From the human T2T-CHM13v2.0 reference genome, Homo sapiens, in NCBI RefSeq assembly GCF_009914755.1, contig NC_060926.1: a stretch of DNA of 64,000 bases; one strand, written 5' to 3'. The translations under genes and the position numbers were made by a program. The notes below the pieces were generated by a model. That model was not told where the DNA came from. It saw only the letters and a list, made by a program, of their open reading frames with translations, and searched no databases. Below, one piece after another: positions 26,121-43,729 of this stretch (the stretch's first letter is position 1; the number at the start of each line of letters is the position of its first letter).

Positions 26121-27024
26121 CTTGAGTAACTCTTTAACAAAATGTTGACATAGATAAGCACTTCAGCATTCATGGATAAGCATACTTTCATAAAATCTGA
26201 AGAAAAATATATTTGATAATTCCAATGCCTGTCTCAGAGCTACTTTTTCTGCTGGTACCTCTGACTGGAATGCTTTCTCTCTCAACTCATACTTTTAAAT
26301 TCTAGCCCCCTTTCAGGATCCAAATGCTCCATTTTGTAGAACATGTTTATTAAAATAGTTTATACTCTCTTATTGTATTATTATATGATGCCTTAATTCA
26401 TGGCAACTTGTTAATATGTCATATTTCCTCTTAAGCTTCTTAAGACGAGACCATTTATTATCACTTTGTATATTTTTAATCTTTCCCAGAATAGGTGCTC
26501 TATAAATGCTTACTCAGCATTACATCATTAAATAAGGCAACACAATGTAATTTTCACTCTTAATAATGACTGCATTAGCAGGGCAAGGACTCTGAGGTAT
26601 TTGTCTGACAAGCATTCAAAATTGCTAGCCAATGTTAGAACTAGAAATTTTGGAAAAGGTAGTGAGGTCAAGTCATTGACTGACCTTGGCTTTACTCATA
26701 CATACTCTAACCAGATGGATACACATCAGAGCCTCAGAGTCTCCGAGTTTAAATGGGCCATAGGCACCACCTAAACTAATAGTCAAACCGGAAAAAGTAT
26801 ACGAGGACACTTGGAAGATGTATTGAGTTGTTAACCTAAAAGTTAAGAGAACTAAGAATCTAAATGGTGGTTGCTTAAGAAAAATACCATCTCACAAAAG
26901 AATACTCCTAACCACTACTGCAAAAAACACACTTTTGGGGAAAGTACACCCATATGGTTTGTACACATTCTCAAATATCTAAAAGTGACTTGGGCTTGAC
27001 ATGTAGTTCTGAATGCTTCTGTTA

Positions 27025-29261
<2,237 letters not shown>

Positions 29262-30805
29262 GATTTCAAATTTAGTTTGAACCTTCAATGTATACCTTAA
29301 GCAAGTGACTTGAAGGAAATTTGAATGCTGCGTGCCTTCTCCCAGCTCTGCCTCACTGAGGATGGGAACCCAGTGGCACCTGAGACTCCTGGATGTAGTG
29401 CCTGGGTGACATTCCTGTGGAGAAAAGCACTTTAGGGCTAGTCTCTAGATGTCTTCTCATGAGTCTTCTGCTTTCACATGAAGCTCTTTAGAAGACAGAA
29501 GGAAAAAAAATGTGAGAAGAAATACCTTGCCCTTCCACAAGATAGACCTGTTGTGCAGAGGTGCATACAATTGAGGACAGAGTTCAACATTTTAAATTAA
29601 ATTTCCAAGTAGTTTCTGTGACTTCATTTAAGAGACCGTTTTTTGAATTCCATGGTTCCAATTTGTGTCTATTTTCCTGTTCACATAAATTTATAGGAAT
29701 ATACATGCCAGCTGTGAGAGATGACTTTATTTCACTGTTGCTCTTATATCCCCCTACAGTTGTCACAAGGACACCGATATCACACAGTGACATGAACCTA
29801 GACATATAGTACACTTGGCAGAAGAATTTTCCAGGTCTAGCCCAGCAGTCCATTCAATGATCTAAAATGGTGATACAGAGAAAAATAGAAACACATATGA
29901 AACACTATAGTCAAAATACCCTGAAGTAAAAAACAGAATAATTTTGACTGATGCATGACACATGCAAAGCCATATTACACGTGTATGTGCATATGTAAGG
30001 ATCATATTGTATGATCATATTGTATGATCCTTCTCTATAATCTGTGTTTCTAGGGCATATCTATGTACAACCTCTATTACACAGAATTAGGCTCAGCCAG
30101 AAGGGGGCCAAGAAGGCCAACTAGAAGCAGCTATGGTGCATGGCTCTCACAGAAAAGAATGAGAGGGATGAGTAAACACAGCACCTTCAACTGAAATATC
30201 CAAGTACTCACATTGGAACTGATCAGGAAAACAGCTCCACCCATGGAGAATGGAAAAAAGCCGGGCAGGGTGACAGCCCACCCAGAAGCGACAAAGAGCC
30301 AAGGGGAACCCCTTCGCCTGCGCAGGGAAGTGATGAGTGAATGTGTGAAAATAAACTCCAGGCCAGAGTTTCATATCCAGCCAAACTAAGCTTCATAAGC
30401 AAAGGAGAAATAAGCTCCTTTTCAGACAAGCAAATGCTGAGAAAATTTGTTACCACCAGACCAACTTTACAAGAGCTCATGAAGCTCAGAAGTGTCCCAC
30501 AACTACATGGAAATTGAACAGCCTGCTCCTGAATGACTCCTGGCTAAATAATGAAATTAAGGCAGAAATCAAGAAGTTCTTTGAAACCGATGAGAACAAA
30601 GAGACAATGTACCAGAATCTCTGGGACACAGTTGAGGCAATGTTAAGAGGGAAATTATACCTCTAAATGACCTTATTCAAAAGCTAGAAAAATCTCAAGT
30701 TAACAACCTAACATCACAACTAAAAGAACTGGAGAACCAAGAGCAAACAAACCTCAAATCTAGAAGACAGGAATCAACCAAAATAAGAGTTGAACTGAAG
30801 AAGAT

Positions 30806-30808
<3 letters not shown>

Positions 30809-30849
<41 letters not shown>
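30809..30849. repeat. (CA)n microsatellite
   Basis: About 20 AC units. Confidence 0.98.
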
Positions 30850-30851
<2 letters not shown>

Positions 30852-31750
30852 AAACATTCAAAAGATCAATGAATCGAGGAGCTGGTTTCTTGAAAAAAAG
30901 TAATAAAATAGATTGACCACTAGCTAGACTAATAAGGAAGAAAAGAGAGAAGATTCAAATAAACACAATCAGAAATAATAAGGGTGATATTACCACTGAC
31001 CCCACAGAAATACAACCATCTGAGAATATTATAAACATCTCTATGCACATAAACTAGAAAATCTAGAAGAAATGGATAAATTCCTGGACACATACACCCT
31101 TCCAAGATTGAATCATCGAATCCCTGAATAGACCAATAATGAGTTCTGAAATTGAGGCAATAATAAATAGCCTACCAACCAGAAAAAAAAAAAAAAAAAG
31201 CCCAGTACCACACAGATTCACAGCTCAATTCTACCAAATGTACAAAGAAGAGCTGGTACCATTCCTGCTGAAAATATTCCAAAACAATTGAAAAGGAGGG
31301 ACTCCTTCCTAACATTGTATGAGGCCAACATCATCCTGATACCAAAAACCAGGCACAGATACAACAAAAAAAAGAAAACTTCAGGCCAATATGCTTGATG
31401 AACATTGATGCAAAAATCCTCAATAAAATATTGGCAAACCGAATCCAGCAGCACATCAAAAAGCTTATCCACCGTGATCAAGTAGGCTTCATCCCTGGGA
31501 TGCAAGGTTGGTTCAACATACACAAATCAATAAATGTGATTCATCACATAAACAGAACTAAAGACAAAAGCCACAGGATTATGTCAATAGATGCAGAAAA
31601 GGCTTTGATAAAATTTAACAACCTTCATGTTAAAAACTCTCAATAAACTATGTATTGAAGGAACGTACCTCAAAATAATCAGAGCCATATATGACAAACC
31701 CACAGCCAATATCATACTGAATGGGCCAAAGCTGGAAGCATTCCCCTTGA

Positions 31751-31849
<99 letters not shown>

Positions 31850-31852
31850 TGA

Positions 31853-32211
<359 letters not shown>

Positions 32212-33189
32212 CCCAAAGTTTCTTAAGCTGATAAGCAACTTCAGCAAAGTCTCAAGTTACAAAATTAATGTGCAAAAATTGTTATAGCATTTCTATACAC
32301 CAACAACAATCAAGCTGAGAGCCAGATCATGAGTGAGCTCCCACTCACAATTGCTACAAGAAGAATAAGGTACCTAGTAATTCAGGTTACAAGTGAAGTG
32401 AAGGACCTTTACAAAGAGAACAACAAACCACTGCTCAAAGGAATCAGAGAGGATACAAATGGAAAAACATTCCATGCTCATGTATAGGAAGAATCAATAT
32501 TATGAAAACGGCCATACTGCCCAAAATAATTTATTGATCCAATGCTATTCCCATTAAACTACCATGGAAGTTCTTCACAGAAATAGAAAAAAAAATATTT
32601 TAAAATTCATGTGGAACCCAAAGAGAGCCTGAAGAGCCAAGGCAATTCTCAGCAAAAAGAAAAATCTGGAGGCATCATGCTCTTCAACTTCAAACTATAC
32701 TACAGGTCTACAGTAACCAAAGCAGCATGGCACTGGTGCAAGAAAAGACACATAGACCAATGGAACAGAATAGAGAACCCAGAAATAAGACTACACCCCT
32801 ACAGCAATCTGATATTTCACAAACCCGACAAAAACAAGCAATGGAGAAAGGATTCTCTAATAAATGGTGCTGGGAAAGCTGGCTAGCCATATGTGCAAAT
32901 TGAAACTGGACTCCAGCCCCACACCTTATATAAAAATCAGCTCAAGATGAATTAAAGACCTAAATGTAAAACCCCAGACTATAAAAATCCTAGAAGAAAG
33001 CCTAGGCAATACCACTCGGAACATAGACATGGGCAAAGATTTCATGACAAAGATGCCAAAAGCAATTGCAACGAAAGCCAAAATTGACAAATGGGATCCA
33101 ATTAAACTAAAGAGCTTCTGCACAGCAAAAGAAACTAACAGCAGAGTAAACGGACAACCTAAAGAATGAGAGAAAAGTTTTGCAAACTA

Positions 33190-33637
<448 letters not shown>

Positions 33638-35682
33638 TCAAAAGAAGACATACATGCAGTCTCACACCAGTCAGAATGGCGATTATTAAAAAGTCCAAAA
33701 ATAACAGGTGCTGGCAAGGTTATGGAGAAAAAGGAGCACTTTTATACTGTTGATGGGAATATAAATTAGTTCAACCATTGTGGAAAACAGTGTGATGATT
33801 CCTCAAAGACCTAGAGAAATAAATAACATTCACCCAAGCAATCTTACTACTGGGTATATAACCAAAGGAATGTAAATCATTCTATTATAAAGACACATGC
33901 ATGCATACGTCCATTGCAGCACTATTCACAATAGCACAGATGTGGAATCAATCTAAATGCCCATCAGTGATAGACTGGATAAAGAAAATGTGGTATATAT
34001 ACACCACGAAACACTATGCAGTTATAAAAAGTAAGAATAAGATCACGACCTTTGCAGGGACATGGATGGAGCTGGAGGCCACTATCCTTAGCAAAGTAAT
34101 GCAGGAACAGAAATCCAAATATTATACCAAATGTTCTTACTTATAAGTGGGAGCTAAATGATGAGAACATATGGACGCAAAGAAAGGAACAATGCACACT
34201 GGGGCCTACCAGAGGATGGAGGGTGAGGAGGGAGAGCATCAGGAAAAATAACTAATGGATACTAGGTTTAATACCTGGGTGATGAAATAATATGTACAAA
34301 AAACTCCTATGACACGTTTACCTATGTAACAAACCTGCACATCCTGCACATGTACCCCTGAATTTAAAATAAAAGTTTAAAAAAAAACAAAGTATTTCAA
34401 GATAAATGTGTTCTTATTGAATAAACAATAATTTTGTGAAAAAAGAGGCTCAATTGAAGGTGGCAGAAGAGCTCCCAAATAGCAGTCACCTAAACAAGTT
34501 AGTATACTTCTTGCTCACACAAAATTAGACAGAGGCTTGGCCATCCGGGTTTGGTGTGGCAGCTGTGCCTCATGAGCCACTGGGACTCCACACTCCCCCA
34601 GCTTTACTTAGGGCATGTCTCATTTACTAATAGTCACATAGAGCTGCTGGAGCTCCAGGAAATGTAAGTGCATCCAAGCTGCAGTAATGAAAGAGGAGTA
34701 GAAAGGACAAAAGATACCCTCCTGTAAGGAAAGACCCTGGAAGTCACAGGCAAATAATCGTGCCTTCATCTCACTTTCCCAAATTTAGTTCCATGGTCGC
34801 AATGACCTCCAAGGGAGGCTAAGAAACGTAGTGTTTACGTGAATGATAATGTTCTCAGCTGACTGTGTGGCGTTCTAAGGGAAAATGGGATTTAATAAAT
34901 ATTAAATATTTATTATTTAATATTCAATAAATATTAAAAAGAAACTAGGATCCTTTGACACACATAATACTCCTTCTACAACAGTAATAATACCTTTTTA
35001 AGGTACTCTTATATTACCTAGAAAAAACTTGGGAAATGCAGACTCTGAACACAATATGAAGAGGTAATTCAAAGTAGAGGAAACTTTAATGGGTTAGAAA
35101 TATGTGAACAGCAACTCAGAAATATTAGTGACCTAATAAGTGACACAAAATAACACTTTATATTTGTTTATTAACTTTAGAAATTTGGATTACGCCAAAC
35201 ATTAGTGACAATGTGAGGATATGGGCATGTTCATGTTTTACTTCAAGGATGCAGACTCCTTTGGAGATTATTTTCTTAGTACTTAGGGAAAATTATTATG
35301 TGTATACTTTACGTCCTGACCATCACATCCTGGGTATATTCCCCTGAGAAGCAGCCACAGAAGTCTATCAGAGGACATTTTCAAAGATCTTATTTGCAAC
35401 AGTTTATTCTACTTCTAATTGTACTGAATTTAGATGCCCTTTACTTGGAGATTTCATGCATAAGACATGGAACAGCTATTATAAACAAATTCATGATGTA
35501 ATATGCATATATGAACTATATATTCCACATGAAATATATATTTATGTACATATGTGCACAATACATACTCACAAAGCACCATTGGTAGGCTTAAAATGAT
35601 GTGCAAATACATTAAGCATATTCTAAGAAGCAGATGGCTATCTAGACATAAATAACTTACGTATATTTAAAAGATACGCACA

Positions 35683-35983
35683 TGGCCGGGTGCAGCGGCT
35701 CACACTTGTAATCTCAGCACTTCAGGAGACCGAGGAGGGTGTACCACTTGAGTCCAGGAGTGTAATATGAGCCTCGGCAGCATGGTGAAACCCCGTCTCT
35801 ACTAAAAATAGAAAAATTAGCCAGGCCTGGTGGCGCCTGCCTGTAGTCCCAGCTACTTTTTGGGGGCTGAGGTGAAAGGATCACTTGAGCCTGTGAAGTT
35901 GAGGCTGCAGTGAACTGAGATTGTGCCACTGCATTCCAGCCTGGGTGACAAAGTGAGATGATCCTGTCTCAAAAATAAAAATA
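35683..35983 (+). mobile_element. AluJ-like element
   Basis: Full Alu; TSD AAAGATACGCACA (35670-35682) / AAAGATGCGCACA (35984-35996). Confidence 0.95.
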
Positions 35984-37519
35984 AAAGATGCGCACAGAAA
36001 GCACAGCGTTATGTAACTTTCAAAGACATCTCCAGGGCCATATATCAAGCACATGACAGTAAAAACCTATGTGGAAAAATTAGAAAATTCAAGTGAGGTA
36101 AAAAACGGTGGAAAATAGAGAAAAATGAGAGGCGATTTCCAATGACGAACTGAGATGATGAACTCAATTCAGTGCACTATTTCTTCCACTCTTACACTTT
36201 ACAGGCTAAGAAGCCATTCCTAGCATTTCACTGGTATAAACTCTTCAAAATGGGATTCTTGTCCTTTGATTATTTTAGGTTGACAAATTTATACCAAAAT
36301 AGTGGGCTTTGTAAATCGGTGTCTTTATGATAGGTTTCCTTAAATAGTATGTCTTTAAAATATTAAATGGTATCCCTTGTTTGTCTTGTCTTTTCCACAA
36401 GCAGATGAAACTTCCTCCCCAACAAGCCGATGGAAGAACTTATGCAGTGTTACTTCAGGGAAGCGACATGGCAGGGTGGAAGTAAAATGGACCTGCACAT
36501 TTTAAAAAATGTTTTGTTTTGTTTCTTGAAGGGCCCCAGGGGCTTATAAAGGAGAGGAAGGGGGTGGAGTGTGAGGTTGGTAAAAGCAGCGGAAGCTGGC
36601 TTGGCATCCTGGAGGAGCAGGAAGAGAGTTCATGTTCCACCTTCCCCTCTTCCCCGCTATTCCACAGGGTCTGGAGGAGAAGAGCAGAGGGGTCTCTGGT
36701 TCCCAGGAAAGGGCCTGGGCCAGACTTTCTGATGGAGACAGCTGGGTGGTGAGTGTCCACGCAGACAGGACTGAGGCTTGCCTCACAGAAGATTCTCGCC
36801 ACTCAAGTGAGGTGCAGAAGCAGCAGCGAGGAAGCACTTTTGAAGGGAACACCTGAGCACAACTCATTCTTTCTTGATGAGGCTTTGCTGCTGAGGAGTT
36901 CTTGCTATTAATACTTCTCTTCCTGCCAAAAAAAAACCTGGTTCCTGCACATTTACTGTGAAGGCACGTGATGGCCCTACAGCACCCCCAGAAATCATCA
37001 AAATTTGTACCAAAGATCCAGAGCAGAGGTGGTGGGTTGCTGAGTGACTGCTCACAGAGGCCATGTTGGTAGGGTCCTCACAGATGTCAGGGTCTTGCTA
37101 TTCCTCAGTGAGGAGGAGGGAGATTCCAAAGGGTGGCTATCACCCAGACCACCTCCCCACAATGTTCATGCAGAGGGAATGAGGCAGAAGAGCCACTGCC
37201 TGCCTAGCCACTTACCTCTGAGACTTGGTTTTATCCTCTGTGTCCCACTCCAGCACTGATTATTAGCCTCCTGGTGCTCTAGGATACAGCAGAGAGAGTT
37301 GGCTGGCTGTACTGGGGAGAATGGGGATGACAAAAGCCTATGGAACCAGGTAATATCGGGTGGCCTTCCATTCAAGTCCTATCTGGTCTCTACTTCCATG
37401 AGATTTTAAGAGCAGAAAACACAGGGCTTTTTCTAGGGCCACACACTCCTCAGCCTAGCCTTTGAATGCAGAGCCCAGCTGAGAAGCTAGCAATGCTTCT
37501 GACCAAGGCCAGATGCCCA

Positions 37520-39560
37520 GCTTGGGGCCTCAAGGCTCTCTGTAGCTTCCCAGCTTGTGTACGCACCATTCACATCTGCCACAATAGCCCCACATCACAG
37601 CACAAGCCAGGGTTTAGTTTGGTGACAGGCATTATCTGTCCACCTGGGTGGCAGTGTGAAAAAGACTTACTCTGGCTTGTTCTTCCTCACCTGCCACCTA
37701 TTTTGGAGTGTAGAAGGCCAGAACCCTGTTTTCTATATGTTTTATACAGATGGAAGAAGCCTCATAGACTTAGCTCCCCAAACAGCTCCTTGACACTTAC
37801 GTGTTCCTTAGGCCTGCCCTGTAGGGTTCTGTAGATCCAGATGAAAAGGCCAGAACAGGCTTACTCAGGACTGGGTGGCTTCATTGTCTGAGGCCATTTT
37901 CCTGGTTCCTGAAAGTTATAAATGGTCCTCAGTGCAGGCCTTCCCCAGCCTCGCTGTCCTTCCAGCATCTGGCCATCTTACTTCAGCCATATTTACACTG
38001 TCCCACAGCACGTCCTGAAGTCTCAGACCTCACCTTTCTTTCTCTCTGGGGAGAGCCTCTTCTCTACCCACTTGAACCGGAACTCCACGCATGTGCTTAC
38101 TTAAGGTCTTCAGAAGGAGAGCACCTATCCTGATTGCCAGATTCTAGGGATGTGGACAGCTTTCGCACTGGAGGGTGGTGGCACCTGGGCTGGGTCTGGT
38201 TAAAACATGCTGGGCCAGTGTTTGCCATCACTGTAAGGTCACGTGGATATGGCAGAGAAAGACTCCTGTAGCTTTCGCATTTCCCTTCCCTGTCAGCAGG
38301 TGGCAAGAGGGCCTAGTGGCCCCTGCATAAATGCATTTACATCAGTGTGTTTGTTTGTGTTTGTGATTTATGTTTGTTTTATATGTACATATAGTTGTTT
38401 ATATATGTATAAATACATATATGTAATTAAATATATCTATATTTCTTTATGAATAGATGTGTTGCATGGGCCAAGAGCCAACTTCCACTTCACCCTGTGA
38501 AATGATGCTGAAAATCAACCCACAAAAGGCAGATGAATACAAGGAGAGGCAGGCAGATTTATTAATGTATATGAGGCATACAAAATATAAGAACTCAAAG
38601 GCAAGATGGCTGATGCTTTTATAATAGCTTAAGGTTACAGTAAGAATAGGTGCTTGGATAGTGGCATCTATACATCGGACTTCACATGCCAGGTCATTTC
38701 TTCTTCTGTTGTTTGAGAAACTTGTGCCTAGGGCTCTCTCTCTGTAGCCTCCAGATTGCACATGGGCCATTCACATCCACCATGGTGACTGGCCTCACCC
38801 CACAAGCTAGGCCCTATTTAGGTGACAGGCATCATCCATCCACCGGGGGTGGCAGGGTTCAACTGTCTCCCACTGACCTGGTTTTCTTCTCCTGCCCTTT
38901 ACATTTGAGTGCACAAGAGTTTGTCAAAGTCAGCCTCTTGTTTTCCCTGCTTCTTATGTTTATGGCAAAGACCCTGGAGCCTGGTACTCTGTGTGCCTCC
39001 AGTTTGATGTTCTTCAGGGCTGCCCTGTAGGACCCTCCAGATCCAAATGAAACCAACCAGAACAGACTTACCCAGGACCATGTAGCTGTCACCATCTGAG
39101 GCCACTTACCTGGCCCCCAAAAGGCCCTAATGGCCCTCAGTGCAGTTCCGCCCTGGCCTGGTACTCTCTCTGCCCCCTACCATCTGATGCCATCCACACT
39201 TGTACTGCCCTGGCACATCCTGAGGGTTCAGACCTAGCCGTTTTTCCTCTCCGCCTTGGATTTTCAAAAGAAGAGTACCTGTCCTGATCGAAAAGTTTGG
39301 CTAAAGTAGACAGCTTTCACATTACAGGGTGATGGGCCTTGGGCCAGCTCTGATTAAAGACACCGTCCTGGTGTTTGCCGTCAGGATAGGGCCTGGAAAC
39401 TGGCAGGAGAAGACTCTTGTGACCATTTTGGATCCCTTCACTGACAGTAGGTGATAAAAGGACCCTCTGGCCCCCACTCTTAATGTAACTGCATTTGTGT
39501 TATGTATGTGTTTCCATTTGTGCTCTTTTAAAATTATGTCTGTACGTATATTAATATATT
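37520..39560. repeat. Ancient diverged direct duplication (~37520-38400 vs ~38730-39560)
   Basis: Collinear shared blocks about 1.2 kb apart, e.g. CTGCCCTGTAGG...AGATCCA.ATGAAA...CCAGAACAG.CTTAC.CAGGAC at ~37814 and ~39020; GGTGACAGGCAT at 37621 and 38821; GACAGCTTTC.CA at ~38155 and ~39309. Confidence 0.85.
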
Positions 39561-39568
39561 ATGTAGTT

Positions 39569-39569
39569 A

Positions 39570-39607
<38 letters not shown>
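39569..39607. repeat. (CA)n microsatellite
   Basis: Seen directly in the sequence. Confidence 0.95.
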
Positions 39608-39612
<5 letters not shown>

Positions 39613-40475
39613 TCTGCACAACTCCAGTCTCAACTCAGTTATCCCTCTTCTGTATGTCCAAGTTCTCCTGTGGGCATCTGCAAGTGATGGCATACTCTTT
39701 CTCAATTGACTCGTGGCCAGTCTCAGAACGGTGGGTCCATATGTTACGGATACCCATTTATGAATGGCCTATACCTATAGACAGCTGGCCTGCTCTTTCC
39801 AGGCCCCTTACTAAGAGTATTGTGGAAAACCTTAGAGCTTTTGAAAAGTAATTGGACTTTTAGCTAGAAGAAATGAAGAAATTGCCCAGAATATCATCAG
39901 TTAGAGGAAGCTCTCTGTGCCTAGATTTTCTGACATGAGATAATAGCCAATATGGCTGATCCCAACCCATAATTGTATGCTCTTGACAGCTTCTGTTTTT
40001 TTGTTTTTTTTTTTAAATCAGTTGTTGCTCTCTGGAATTCCAATGATGAGTTCAACTTAGTTAACATCTCCTTTCTAAATGTGAGGGTTAAGGAGTTGGT
40101 GGTAATTCATATAATAATTAGTTAGAATCAAATTACTTTCTTTTGGAATAAAATAAGTCAGGCCAGCCACTCTGAAAGAAGGTGAGTTTTGGGTTGGAGT
40201 CAGAAAGTCCATGCTTTTGGGGGATGACTCCTTTGGGAAAGGGGATAGAGTAAAACCAGTCAAGAGAGATAAGGTGAAGGGTTCAAGGCAGCTCTATATG
40301 GAGGACAAGGGTAGGGACAAGAGGTAGTAAGTAAGAGGAGAAAGATGAACTTTTGGTTTTTCAAAATATTCCTAGTCACTGTCCTAATGTTGATACCAAT
40401 GGTACATTCATAGCATGGGATATTCTGCAGCCGTTAAAGAAGTAAGGTAGATTTATGGGTAAAAAGAAAGTGTAC

Positions 40476-42566
40476 CAAGACAAGGATGCCTTCTCTCACC
40501 ACTCCTATTCAACATAGTATTGGAAATTCTGGCCAGGACAATCAGGCAAGAGAAAGAAATAAAGAGTATTCAAATAGGAAGAGAGGAAGGCAAACTATCC
40601 CTGTTTGCAGATGACATGTCCTATATTTAGAAAACCCCATCATCTCAGCCCAAAAGCTTCTTAAGCTGATAAGCAACTTCAGCAAAGTCTCAACTTACAA
40701 AATCAATGCACAAAAATCTCTAGCATTCCTTTATACCAACAACAGGCAAGCAGAGAGCCAAACCATAAATGAAGTCCCATTCACAATTGACACAAAAAGA
40801 ATAAAATACCTAGGAATACAGATAACAAGGGAAGTGAAGGACCTCCGTAAGGAGAACTACAAACCACTGCTCAAGGAAATCAGAGAGGAAACAAACAAAT
40901 GGAAAAACATTTTATGCTCATAGATAAGAAGAATCAATATCATGAAAATGACCATACTGCACAAAGTAATTTATAGATTCAATGCTGTTCCCATTAAACT
41001 ACCATTGACATTCTTCAAAGAATTAGAAAAGACTATTTTAAAATTCATACAGAACCAAAAAACAAAACAAAACAAAACAAAATAGCCCGAATAGCGAAGA
41101 CAATCCTAACAGAAGCAACAAAGCTGGAGGCATCATGCTACCCAGCTCCAAACTATACTACAGAGCCACAGTGACCAAAACAGCATGGTATTAGTATAAA
41201 AACAAACACATAGACCAATGGAACAAAATAGAGAACTCAGAAATAAGACCACACACCTACAACCATCTGATCTTCAACAATCCTGACAAAAACAAGCAAT
41301 GGGGAAAGGACTCCCTATTTAATAAATGGTGCTGGGAGAACTGGCTAGCTATATGTGGGAAATTGTAACCCCCTTCCTTACACCTTATACAAAAATCAAC
41401 TCCAGATGAATTAAAGACTGAAATGTAAAACCCAAAACTGTGAAAACCCTAGAAGAAAATCTAGGCAATTCCATTTAGGACATAGGCATGGGCAAAGATT
41501 TCATGACAAAAATACCAAAAACAATTGCAACAAAAGCAAAAACTGACAAATGGGATCTAATTAAACTTAAGAGCTTCTGCACAGCAATACAAACTATCAT
41601 CAGAGTGAACAGACAACCTACAGAATGGGGAAAAAATTTTGCAATCTTTCCACCTGACGAAGGTGTAATTTCCAGGGTCTACAAGGAACCTAAACCAATT
41701 TACAAGGAAAAAAATATTAAAAATGGGCAAACGACATGAATGGATACTTCTCAAAAGAAGACATTTATGCAGCCAACGAACATATGAAGAAAAGCTCAAC
41801 GTCACTGATCATTTGAGAAATGCAAATTAAAAACCACAGTGAGATACCATCTCATGCCAAGTCAGAATGGCAATTATTAAAACGTCCAGAAACAACAGAT
41901 GCTGGAGAGGTTGCAATGAAAAAGGAATGCTTTTATACGTGTTGGTGGGAGTGCAAATTAGTTCAACCATTATGGAAGACAGTATGGCCATTCCTCAAAG
42001 ATCTAGAAGCAGAAATATCATTTAACCCAGCAATTCCATTACTAGGTATATACCCAAAGCAATATAAATCATTCTATTATAAAGATACATGAACGCGTAT
42101 GTTCATTGCAGCACTATTCCTAATAGCAAGGACATGGAATCAACCCAAATGCCCATCAATAATAGACTGGATAAAGAAAATGTGTTACATATGCCCCATG
42201 GAATACTATGCAGCCATAAAAAGGAACAAGATCATGACCTTTGCAGGGACGTGGTGGGAGCTGGAAGCCATTATCCACAGCAAACTAATTCAGGAACAGA
42301 AAACCAAATACCTCATGTTCTCATGTATAAGTGGGAGCTGAACGATGAGAACACAAGGACATATGGGCGGGAAACAACACACACTGGTGCCTTTCACGGG
42401 GGTGGGGGAAGGGAGAGCATCAGGAAAAACAGCTAATAGATGCTGGGCTTAATACCTAGGTAATGGGTTGATCTATACAGCAAACCACTATGACACACGT
42501 TTACCTATGTAACAAACCTGCACATTCCGCACGTGTACCTCTGAACTTAAAATAGTTGAAAAAAAA
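40476..42566 (+). mobile_element. 5'-truncated L1PA11-13-like element (3' half of ORF2 plus 3'UTR)
   Basis: Starts in the RT (CAAGGATGCCTTCTCTCACC; TTTGCAGATGAC = FADD); ORFs 41488-41739 and 42099-42341; 3'UTR and A-tail; degenerate TSD AAAGTGTAC / AAAGTACAC. Confidence 0.93.
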
Positions 42567-43503
42567 GTACACAACAGACTGCATGCTTCCATTTCTGCCT
42601 ATAATTTGAAAGGTGATATATGCATGCATACGTTTGAGTATATGCAGAGAGTATTTCTGGAAGAAATGTAATAAACAGTGACTTTGTCTCTTTGAAAAGA
42701 GCCTGAGGATATGGGTCTGAGATGGGATTTTTTTTTTTCCAGGAGCACATTTTTAATTTGTATGTACTTTACTTATAAATTAAAACAAAAAAACTAGTTG
42801 AAGGTTTTCTAGGATTACTCTTACCTCTGAGAGAGGTGGTGTAGAGCAGGGGACTTAGGGAGTCTAAGGAGAAAAGAAACAGATAATCCCTTTGTCCTTC
42901 TTTCTTCCAAGAAAACTCAGGGCTTGTGTATCCCCGGACTCCTGTGGTTTTGGCACCTCAGGTGGACTATTGTCCAGTAAGCTCTTCTGGGCTGACCTGG
43001 AACTGAACTACCATTTGTAAACTCTTTCTACGGGGGAAACGCAACAGTGTTCCAGAGAACATACTAAACCAAACGGCCTCCACTCATTCTTTCTCAATTT
43101 CTTGTCTATTAGCTTCCTTAAGAAAAGAAAAAAAAAAAAAGACTTCAGATTGAACCCGGGAGGCCTGAGCCATCCATATTCTAACTCATTTCCTCAGAAA
43201 TGATGAAAACACTATATGCATTTCTGTGCTTGGCTACTGTCTGGATTTTTTGTTGGTTTATTTCCTTGAGAAGGTACCCACTGTTTTGCGCTTTTTTTTC
43301 TGACTAACTTCTGTGGTTTTATTTTGAGGAAAGTTGCTGTTTTTTCCTTGCTTGCATGCCTGGTAGAGAGCTATAGGCATTTGGTACATATCTGTTGACT
43401 TGGTAGATTAAGGTGTGGACACCAAAGCAGAGAGGTTACTATAAGTTGTCACGGGTAAGACTTTGGTCTGAGAAGACACGGTAGAAGAGATTTGAATCTA
43501 GCA

Positions 43504-43729
43504 CAGTGCTTCTCAATTGTGGCTTTGTTGACATAATTCCTTGCTGAGATATTGAGATAATTCTCTGTTGTGGGCCACTGTCCTGTGTATTACAGGCACT
43601 TTGGCAGTATCCCTGGCCCCTACCCACTAAATGCCAATAAGAACTGCTAGTTGTGACCATTTAAAAATATGTCTCTAGGTGGTGCCAAATGTCCCCTAGG
43701 AGCAAAACCATCCTGGTTGACAATCACCA
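43504..43729 (-). mobile_element. MER20 (hAT-Charlie DNA transposon fossil)
   Basis: The reverse complement follows the MER20 consensus (GGGGACATTTGGCA...TAGTGGGTAGGGGCCAGGGATACTGC...CAGGACAGTGGCCCACAACAGAGAATTATC) with CAGTG...CTCAA termini. Confidence 0.85.

Noticed and set aside
30340-30500. Spliced L1 (SpIRE) explanation for the internal deletions
   Set aside because: The first junction lies downstream of the GTGAGT-like motif rather than at it, and the second has filler sequence. Ordinary deletions fit better.
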